Source of the DNA: Candidatus Eiseniibacteriota bacterium
GTDB taxonomy: Bacteria > Eisenbacteria > RBG-16-71-46 > SZUA-252
Length of the DNA stretch: 64,000 bases
NCBI GenBank assembly: GCA_963703225.1
Contig: OY969801.1
Coordinates: 1,760,001-1,824,000, forward strand
Reading direction: 5' to 3'
The notes under the pieces were generated by a model. The model did not search any database, was not told the DNA's origin, and worked only from the letters and a program-made list of their open reading frames with translations. Below are positions 22,804-29,948 of the stretch, piece by piece (the stretch's first letter is position 1; each line of letters begins with the position of its first letter). The translations under genes and the position numbers were made by a program.

Positions 22804-22841
22804 AAAAAAAGGGCCGCCACGAAGAATTACCATGGCGGCCC
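22804..22841 (-). terminator. Rho-independent terminator of the porin-like gene
   Basis: Minus strand GGGCCGCCA...TGGCGGCCC stem followed by T7. Confidence 0.85.
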
Positions 22842-22884
22842 TAACTGATTCTGACGCCTAAACTTAGCTGCCAGATCCCTCCGT

Positions 22885-24237
22885 TTAGAAGTGGTACGTG
22901 CCCGAAACGCGGGTGAACGGCGTCGCCGGGTCACCCGAGAGGATCCAACCGCCAGAAAGCGGGAATGCCTCGTTCAGCGTCATGTCGATGTCGAGGTTGT
23001 TCCAGCGGATCCCCGTGCCAAGGCTGAACTGAAAGTCCGAGCCCTTGTCCGTGGTCTTGACGGTGATCGGCGTCGCGAGGTAGTTGGTCTCCTCCGTGTG
23101 GAAATTGTCCATGGACTTGGTCGCACCCAACCGGACCTTCAGCCACCGCGTGGCGTCTGTCTCGAGCGAGGCGAAGAAGAGCGGCAGCAGGGTCAATTTG
23201 ACCTCGCTGGTCTTGGTATCCGCGCTCGGGGGCAAGGCCACACCGGCGGCGTCCAAGTTGGCGTCGGTGCGCTCGAACGAGGCCTTCTGCTCCCAGGCTG
23301 AAACGCCAAAGATGAGCAGGTTGTTGTCGTTCACCCGCATGTTGTGCGAGATCCCGAGTCCATAGTTCTTGTAGGTTTCGTCGGCGGAACGGGTGCCAAG
23401 TCCTGCGACGCCGGTTACCTCGTAGCTGAGATCATCATTCACATACCAGACCGCCGGAACCCATGTCGCGCGGTCTCCCTGATGGAGAAAGGCGCGAGCC
23501 GCGACGGCATACGACATGTTCCCCGAGTCCTTCCACTGCTCGCCCGCATCGACGACCGGCGCCACGCTCGTGGCCGTCGTGCTTCTGTCGAGAGAATAAC
23601 TGCGGATGGTCACGGCGGCTTCCACACGGTTGTCATTCGACAGGTGGAGAGCGACGGCGGGCGTGATGCCCAACGTGTTGATCTCGGTGCCCGTTCCGAC
23701 GATGGCGTTTTGTCCAAACACCGCGCCGAACGGATACGGATCGCCGAACGCGAAGCCCGACCCGCGCATCTCAGCGTGGGTGGGACCCGCGTTGTCGTCG
23801 TACTCGAACGAGGAGTTGGTCGCGTCGAGGCGGACGGCCACGTCCAACTTCGACAGGGCCGTGCCCCAGATCAGGTCAATCTGCTCGTGGTTCAGGTTGT
23901 TCGGGAACGTCGAGTTGAGCGCGTTCTGCTTCATCTGATAGGCGATGGAGCCGAACTTGGGGAAATTCTTGACGATGGTGAGGCTTTGGTCTGCGAACGT
24001 CACCGGGTCCACCGCCCCGCCGGGATTGTTCCCCACCTCGGCAAGGACGAGGTTGTTCTGACGGACGACCGACGTCGGGAAATAATACATGTTGGCGTAG
24101 TCATCCGTGAACTGGCTGAGGACGGGCGTGCCCAGCCCCATGCCTTCCACGCGCGACAACGAAGCCTGGCCCACACCCGCCGACACGACGAGGAGAGCCA
24201 CCACACCGAAAACTACAATCAGCTTGCGCTGAAACAT
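22885..24237 (-). CDS. Unknown outer-membrane beta-barrel (porin-like) protein
   Basis: Signal peptide, SRVEGMG, alternating amphipathic strands, C-terminal RVSGTYHF; strong SD AAGGAGG. Confidence 0.75.
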   Translation of the reverse strand: MFQRKLIVVFGVVALLVVSAGVGQASLSRVEGMGLGTPVLSQFTDDYANMYYFPTSVVRQNNLVLAEVGNNPGGAVDPVTFADQSLTIVKNFPKFGSIAYQMKQNALNSTFPNNLNHEQIDLIWGTALSKLDVAVRLDATNSSFEYDDNAGPTHAEMRGSGFAFGDPYPFGAVFGQNAIVGTGTEINTLGITPAVALHLSNDNRVEAAVTIRSYSLDRSTTATSVAPVVDAGEQWKDSGNMSYAVAARAFLHQGDRATWVPAVWYVNDDLSYEVTGVAGLGTRSADETYKNYGLGISHNMRVNDNNLLIFGVSAWEQKASFERTDANLDAAGVALPPSADTKTSEVKLTLLPLFFASLETDATRWLKVRLGATKSMDNFHTEETNYLATPITVKTTDKGSDFQFSLGTGIRWNNLDIDMTLNEAFPLSGGWILSGDPATPFTRVSGTYHF

Positions 24238-24472
24238 CTGGTTTCGCCTCCTTGTTTGGGACCCTAGACCATCCAGGGTCTATTGCCCGGGTCGTTCACA
24301 CGCTGAGGGACAGCGACCCGAGGAGATCCGAGAGAGCAGTTCCTGCTCGTTGGACCTTTGCACTCCACCCCCTTTCGGTTGAATTCCTGATCTGAACCAA
24401 TCGCTCAAGGCCAAGCCGCTCAACCCGTTTCGCCGTAACCACGGCGAAAATCGGCCCCCAAAATTCCGGCGC

Positions 24473-24502
24473 ACCATAGTCGCCGGCTCCAGCGCCTGTC
24501 AA
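24473..24502 (-). promoter_or_regulatory. Putative sigma70 promoter for the porin-like gene
   Basis: TTGACA-18 bp-TATGGT with AT-rich upstream element. Confidence 0.6.
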
Positions 24503-24547
24503 ACGAAAATTTGTGTCCAATTGGGTAAGATGTTGAGCTGCAGTAGC

Positions 24548-25048
24548 TTATTGGCCTTGGTCTGCCGGGGCTCCCGAGCGCGGCCCCGCGAGGCAACGGG
24601 AGCAAAGCCCCCGGATCCGGAGCGCGAACTCCTCCGGCGTAAACGCAGCCCTGCGAGCCACCTCCGCCAGGGCCCGCGTGAGAGCCGCGTCGGAGACCTC
24701 CTGAACCGAGCCGCACCGGCGGCAGACCAGGTGGTGGTGGGGGTCGTTTGGGCGGGCCAGCTCGTAGTGAAGGGTCCCCTCCACGAGTTGGACGCGGCGC
24801 AGGATCCCGCCCCCCTGAAGCAATGCGAGCGTCCGGTAAATCGTGGCTCTGGAGAGCCGACGCCCCTGGCCCTTCAGGCGCAATCGGAGCGTCTCTGCGT
24901 CGAAGTGCCCGGGTGCCTGCACGATAGCCTGTACGATCAGCCGCCGCGGCTCCGTGACCCGGAGCTTGTGCGCGGCCAAGAATTCGGACCAGCGCTGGAG
25001 CGCGCTAGGGCGCTCACTGGGATTGGGTGCGATTGAGGTCAAGCTCAT
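24548..25048 (-). CDS. Fur-family metalloregulator (Fur/Zur/PerR)
   Basis: LRVTEPR, HFDAE, SRATIYRTL, HHHLVCRRCG, GLCSRC; start approximate. Confidence 0.92.
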   Translation of the reverse strand: MSLTSIAPNPSERPSALQRWSEFLAAHKLRVTEPRRLIVQAIVQAPGHFDAETLRLRLKGQGRRLSRATIYRTLALLQGGGILRRVQLVEGTLHYELARPNDPHHHLVCRRCGSVQEVSDAALTRALAEVARRAAFTPEEFALRIRGLCSRCLAGPRSGAPADQGQ

Positions 25049-26408
25049 ACCGGCCGAAGCCGTCCCGGTCCACGAAATAGAACGTCTTGCGATCGCGATA
25101 GTAGTACCAAATCTCCTCCGGCGGACCGTCGAACCGGAATGGGTTCCGGACGATCTCGTCCGGCTGCCCATTCTGGATGTAGATGCGGCCCATGTCGGTC
25201 TTCCAGCCGGGACCACCCACCCCAAAGTGCTGGTCCGCGTACCGCACGCGCTTGTAGAACTCGTCCATCTTCTCATTGTCTGGCGTTTCTGGGCTCGGAT
25301 CGCGGCGCTGCCAGAACGATTCCCAAAAGGCTCGGCGCTCCTCCTCGGTTCGCAGATGGTCCATCTCCGCCGCCTCGGCGTCGCTGGCGATGTAGCGCAG
25401 CACCTCGATGGACGTGCGCGGATCGAGCGCCGCGGTGGCGGCGCTCTGCTCCACCGTGAACTCCTTCTCCCGTCGGATGGGAGTTGGCTTCTTGCGTCCC
25501 TTCACGGAAACCAGCGGGCTCGTGAGATCGAGAATGACCCGGTAGGTGCCCGCGTTGAGCGTGCCCAGCCGGGGCCGAATCACGAAGCGGGTCCGTACCC
25601 CGCGCCGGACGATGGAAGTGTCGCCTCGGGCCACATTGGGCTCGAAGTCGCTGGCAACCCGAAAGTGGAGGGTGTACGTCGAGTCGGGAGAGTCCGCCCG
25701 TCGATTGTCGACGATCTCCCCCAGCGCGACGAGGCGCGTCACGTCATCCGCGAAGTGCCGCGAGGGCTTGGGATCAATTTCCCCTCCTTCCACCGACACC
25801 CGCAGTGAATCGGCCCCGATGGTGCCGAGCGACAGGTCGGTGATCCAGATCTCCCCGGCAATGCCGGGGACCTCCACCGGAACCGTCGTCGTCGCTGTCC
25901 GTTCCGCGGTGAGATCGGTCAGCATGATCTCCGCCTCGTACTTGCCTGGCGGAAGTTGAAAGGTGATGTGATCAAAGATGTCCACTCCCTGGAGGTGGGT
26001 CTCCGCGTACCGCAATACCTGAAGCTCACGCGAGAATGCGTCGCCTGCGACCTGCTGTTTTCCTTTCTCCTTGGAGAAGATGACGCGTATTTCGTAGCCG
26101 GCGTGGTATCCGTCCGGTCGCCGCTCAAACAGGAGCTCGCTCCGCGCGAAGCGATAGTCGACCCGGACTTCGGGCGCGCCGGAATCCCCCGGCTGAATGG
26201 TGGCGTCCGCTGAAAACCGGGGACGCGAGAGGCTGATGCCGGGGCTGGGCATCTCGGGCTGGGCCGCCGGTCCCGGATTGGGATACTGCGCCAGGGCCCG
26301 GTCGACTGGCGCGAAAACGGTCGTCGCGAGGGCGACCATCGCGAGGAGCCTCAGCGCGGCGCGCCTCAGCCCTCTAACGAAGGAGAACGATCTGGCGCGC
26401 ATCATCAA
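25014..26408 (-). CDS. GWxTD domain-containing exported protein; start uncertain
   Basis: FWQRRDPSPET..NE..EFYKRVRYAD..F..PGWKTDMGRIYI..GQPD; signal peptide. Confidence 0.9.
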   Translation of the reverse strand: MMMRARSFSFVRGLRRAALRLLAMVALATTVFAPVDRALAQYPNPGPAAQPEMPSPGISLSRPRFSADATIQPGDSGAPEVRVDYRFARSELLFERRPDGYHAGYEIRVIFSKEKGKQQVAGDAFSRELQVLRYAETHLQGVDIFDHITFQLPPGKYEAEIMLTDLTAERTATTTVPVEVPGIAGEIWITDLSLGTIGADSLRVSVEGGEIDPKPSRHFADDVTRLVALGEIVDNRRADSPDSTYTLHFRVASDFEPNVARGDTSIVRRGVRTRFVIRPRLGTLNAGTYRVILDLTSPLVSVKGRKKPTPIRREKEFTVEQSAATAALDPRTSIEVLRYIASDAEAAEMDHLRTEEERRAFWESFWQRRDPSPETPDNEKMDEFYKRVRYADQHFGVGGPGWKTDMGRIYIQNGQPDEIVRNPFRFDGPPEEIWYYYRDRKTFYFVDRDGFGRYELDLNRTQSQ

Positions 26409-28932
26409 TTCCCTGTCCGCGCAATCTGACGAAGTAGACCCCGTCGGTCACAGGACGGCCCCGCCCGTCGCGGCCGTTCCAGGTCACGTTTCCAAAGCCG
26501 CCGGCCGCGGGGGCCGGCGCGGTCGAATGGAGTACGAGCCGTCCCATCGCGTCGTGAATCGTCACCTCGATCGACCCTCCCGATCCGCCGCTCGTGACCC
26601 GGAAAGGAACGTTCAGGACCGCACCATTTCGAGGCCGGTAGGGATTGGGGTAAGCGCGACCGACAGCCGGCGTGGACGGAACGTAGAGAGAACCCTCGGC
26701 GACCTTTCGGGCGCTCCCGTCGACGAAGAACGCTTCGAGCCGGTACCGATAGGGGGTTCCCGCGGCGAGGGTCGTGTCGACCGCTCCCACGGCCGATGGG
26801 CTTAGGAGCGACGCATTGATCCGCGCTCCTTGGGGGTCGGATGTGCCCGGAGGGGTGGCCACGACATCCCGGTACAGGTTGAGGCCGGCCATCCCCGGCA
26901 GCACGACGGGACTCCAACCGATGGTCGCCTGGGGTGCCACCAGACCCGCGTCGAACTCGATCGTCAGGACCGGCACCGTCGTCGCGATCGGGCTCACCCG
27001 GTAGCGCTCGAGCGCGAAGCCGGCCGTCACGAGAAGCGTGTCCCCAACCCACCACGCGTCGCGGCTCACGCCCGGCACCCCGATCGGCCCGCGAATCGTG
27101 GGCGCGGATGGATTCGCGATGTCGACGACGAGCGCCCCCTCCCCTCCGGCCAGCAGGACCGCGGAATTCCCCGATCGCGCGACCCCCAGGAGGGCCGGGG
27201 TGGCCACCGAGGACGCGAGGGAAGGCGACGCGGGTCGAAAGACGTCGACGATCTGAAGCCCGGCCACCGCCGTGGCGACGAGCAGGAGGTCGCCGGAGAG
27301 GTCCAGGTCGAGTGCCGGCGTTCCGGAGAACGCGCCCACCAAACCGGGCGCATCGGGGTTTCCGAACCCGACCGAGAGAAGACCGAGCGAAGCGTCGGCG
27401 ATGAACGCGATCGTGTCCTTGACCGCGATCGCGCGCGGGTCGGGAACGCCGCCACCGATCTGCCCGCGCGGCGTGGGCGCCGCGGGAAGGCTCGTGTTCA
27501 CGAAGCTGATGCCGGCACCGATCGTCCCCCGACGACCGACGACCACAAGATCGGAGTCCACGACGGCAACCGCACTCGCGAGCCCCGGCAAGGTCAAGGA
27601 GCCAAGGAGTGTCGGGGCCGCGGGGTTGGCGACGTCCACGATTTGAAGACCCTGGCTCCCGGCGGCGAGGTAGGCCCTCTTCCGCGGAGGGTCGAGGGCG
27701 ACGTCGATGACGCTGGAATTGGGGCCGAGCGGGAGCACGCCCACGAGGCTCGTGTCGCTGTCGTCCGCGCGGTAGATCCGGAACCCTCCTGTGTAGTCGG
27801 CCACGTACGCATAGCCAGCGCTCCACGCGACCCGCCTGGTCCTCCCCGTTCCCCCGATCGCGGGGACCGCGAGCACCGTGTCGAGATCGCGCAGCTCGAT
27901 CAGGCTCTGCCCCACCTCATCGGGCTCCTGGGCCACGTCGACGTCCTGGGTCGCGATCACCACCCGGCTTCCGGAGAGGGTGACGTGGAACGGCTCGAGC
28001 GGGACCGAGTCGAACGTCGGGTTGATCAAGAGCTCGCCCGCCGGGCCCGAGCGGCGAAAGCGGGCCACCGTTCCGGCTTGCGCCGCGGCGACCACCACGG
28101 AATCGTTGGCGTCAACCGACCGCACGAACTTTCCAAATCCCACCGTATCGGTGATCAAGCTGTCGGGGACGTCAGCCACGATCAGTCCGGCATTCCCGGC
28201 CGCGATGAAGGCCAGGTCGCCCCGCCAGGCGAGGCCCGTGGGAGTTCGGTTAGGGACCTGGATTTCCCGGAGCGTTTCCGGCTGGGCGGCTCCACTCCGC
28301 AGGCGGTAGAGCGTGAGGAAGAGCCTAGGGGCCGGCGAGAAACGGGCGCTCACGACCAGGAAGGAATCCGCGCGCGCCACGATGCCGCGCGCCTGGCGCC
28401 CGTCGGCGAAATGGAGGGTCGAGAGCGGCGAGAGGGTGGCCGGCGACGTTCGGGCGAGGAAGTGAAGGTCCGGTCCGGACGCAGCCACAACACCATAGCC
28501 GTTGGGCGACACCGCTCCCAAAGTGACCCCACCGAGGCCCGAATACGATCCGATGGCGACAGGGGAGGCGGGGTTGGTGATATCGACAGCCACGATCCCC
28601 CGATCACCCGCGAAGAGGTAGACCGTGGCGCCGTCGACCGACAGTGCGTTCGCGGCTCCCGACGTGCAGAACGACCCGATCGGCGCGTCGCCTCCCAGCG
28701 CGGCATCGCGGATTTCGAATCCCCAACCGGTGGGGATGGCGTACCGACCCGCGACGCTCGGGACGCCCAGCAGAACCGCCGCGCCATACTCCGACGAAAT
28801 CGACGATGGAGCGCCCCGCGTCGCCACGACCTTGGGGCCGGCCTGGGCGATCGGTGCGACGGGGAGGAGGAGACAACCCCAGAGGAGAGGGAGCGTCAGG
28901 GGTCGCCGCCATCGAGCGGTCGGAGAGATCAT
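26374..28932 (-). CDS. Secreted LVIVD-repeat beta-propeller protein with FlgD/T9SS-like CTD
   Basis: Repeats such as GIVAVDITNP, GLQIVDVANP, GLQIVDV, ALVVDIANP; CTD AYPNPY...IHDAMGRLV...WNGRDGRGRPVTDGVYFVRL. Confidence 0.85.
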   Translation of the reverse strand: MISPTARWRRPLTLPLLWGCLLLPVAPIAQAGPKVVATRGAPSSISSEYGAAVLLGVPSVAGRYAIPTGWGFEIRDAALGGDAPIGSFCTSGAANALSVDGATVYLFAGDRGIVAVDITNPASPVAIGSYSGLGGVTLGAVSPNGYGVVAASGPDLHFLARTSPATLSPLSTLHFADGRQARGIVARADSFLVVSARFSPAPRLFLTLYRLRSGAAQPETLREIQVPNRTPTGLAWRGDLAFIAAGNAGLIVADVPDSLITDTVGFGKFVRSVDANDSVVVAAAQAGTVARFRRSGPAGELLINPTFDSVPLEPFHVTLSGSRVVIATQDVDVAQEPDEVGQSLIELRDLDTVLAVPAIGGTGRTRRVAWSAGYAYVADYTGGFRIYRADDSDTSLVGVLPLGPNSSVIDVALDPPRKRAYLAAGSQGLQIVDVANPAAPTLLGSLTLPGLASAVAVVDSDLVVVGRRGTIGAGISFVNTSLPAAPTPRGQIGGGVPDPRAIAVKDTIAFIADASLGLLSVGFGNPDAPGLVGAFSGTPALDLDLSGDLLLVATAVAGLQIVDVFRPASPSLASSVATPALLGVARSGNSAVLLAGGEGALVVDIANPSAPTIRGPIGVPGVSRDAWWVGDTLLVTAGFALERYRVSPIATTVPVLTIEFDAGLVAPQATIGWSPVVLPGMAGLNLYRDVVATPPGTSDPQGARINASLLSPSAVGAVDTTLAAGTPYRYRLEAFFVDGSARKVAEGSLYVPSTPAVGRAYPNPYRPRNGAVLNVPFRVTSGGSGGSIEVTIHDAMGRLVLHSTAPAPAAGGFGNVTWNGRDGRGRPVTDGVYFVRLRGQGIDDARQIVLLR

Positions 28933-29024
28933 TCGCCTCGACGCTATCACGCGCCGGCGAAACCTCTCAAGGCGTAAGTCTTTCCGCTTGTTCGGCGCCG
29001 CGGCGGTCGCGTAGGGTTCCGCGC

Positions 29025-29681
29025 GTGAATTGGCTCGATCGGATCGTCGCACCCCTCGCCGCGTTCATTCTCGGCACCATCTCGACTCTCGGCTACGGAG
29101 GGATCGTTCTCTGCATGACCATCGAGAGCGCCTGCATCCCGCTCCCCAGCGAGATCATCATGCCCTTCTCCGGCTACCTCGTCACGACGGGCCGATTCAC
29201 GCTCTGGGGCGTGGTCCTCGCCGGCGCTCTGGGCAACGTGTTCGGCTCCTGGATCGCCTATGGGCTCGGCATGAAGGGGGGACGCCCTCTCGCCGAGCAG
29301 ATGGCTCGGTGGCGCATCATCCGAATCGAGGAGTACGACCGCGCGGACTCGTGGCTGAAGCGCCACGGCCTCCAGGTCGCGTTTTGGGCCAGGCTCATTC
29401 CGATCGTGCGAACCTTCATCTCCTTCCCCGCGGGCGCCGCGCGTGTTCCCTTTCGGCGGTTCACCCTGTACACGTTCCTCGGCTCCCTCCCGTGGACCTT
29501 GGGGCTGGCCTACGTCGGCGTCCTCTTCCGCGAGCACTGGGAGAACATTCGGCGTTACTGGCGCGGGCTCGATCTTGTCGTGGTGCTGGCGCTCCTCGCG
29601 CTGTTCGGGGTGTGGCTCTATCATCACCTCCGCCCCGCCCGCAACGGCCCGTCGGGCGGCCCGCCCGTCCCCCAGCGTTGA
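29025..29681 (+). CDS. DedA family membrane protein
   Basis: ESACIPLPSEIIMPFSG, ARLIPIVRTFISFPAG; GTG start. Confidence 0.92.
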   Translation: MNWLDRIVAPLAAFILGTISTLGYGGIVLCMTIESACIPLPSEIIMPFSGYLVTTGRFTLWGVVLAGALGNVFGSWIAYGLGMKGGRPLAEQMARWRIIRIEEYDRADSWLKRHGLQVAFWARLIPIVRTFISFPAGAARVPFRRFTLYTFLGSLPWTLGLAYVGVLFREHWENIRRYWRGLDLVVVLALLALFGVWLYHHLRPARNGPSGGPPVPQR

Positions 29682-29707
29682 CGCTTCTGGGCGCGCAATG
29701 CTAGACT
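29678..29707 (+). promoter_or_regulatory. Putative promoter of the tRNA pair
   Basis: TTGACG-18 bp-TAGACT with extended TGn, 11 nt before tRNA-Gln. Confidence 0.65.
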
Positions 29708-29718
29708 TCGCAGCCTCT

Positions 29719-29792
29719 TGGGGGATCGTCCAGTGGTAGGACACGTGGCTCTGGACCACGGTACAGGGGTTCGAATCCTCTTCCCCCAGCCA
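29719..29792 (+). tRNA. tRNA-Gln (anticodon CTG)
   Basis: Acceptor TGGGGGA/TCCCCCA, anticodon arm CGTGG-CTCTGGA-CCACG, GTTCGAATC T-loop, encoded CCA. Confidence 0.96.
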
Positions 29793-29828
29793 AATACATC
29801 GCATGCCACTTCGTAGAGCCGGCGTCGT

Positions 29829-29903
29829 GGCGCTATCGTCTAGGGGTTAGGACGGGTGGTTCTCAGCCATCAAACCGGGGTTCGAATCCCCGTAGCGCTA
29901 CCA
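29829..29903 (+). tRNA. tRNA-Glu (anticodon CTC)
   Basis: Acceptor GGCGCTA/TAGCGCT, anticodon arm GGTGG-TTCTCAG-CCATC, GTTCGAATC, encoded CCA. Confidence 0.96.
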
Positions 29904-29948
29904 GCCTCCCCCAGAGGGAGGGCGCGGCGATTTCTTTCGGCGATCCTC

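Noticed and set aside
24500..24547. Canonical Fur box upstream of the porin-like gene
   Set aside because: AT-rich with a CCAATTGG palindrome, but no match to the 19-bp GATAATGATAATCATTATC pattern.
29719..29903. tRNA pair as an integration site for an island
   Set aside because: No integrase, no duplicated tRNA 3' end seen, and no obvious compositional shift.
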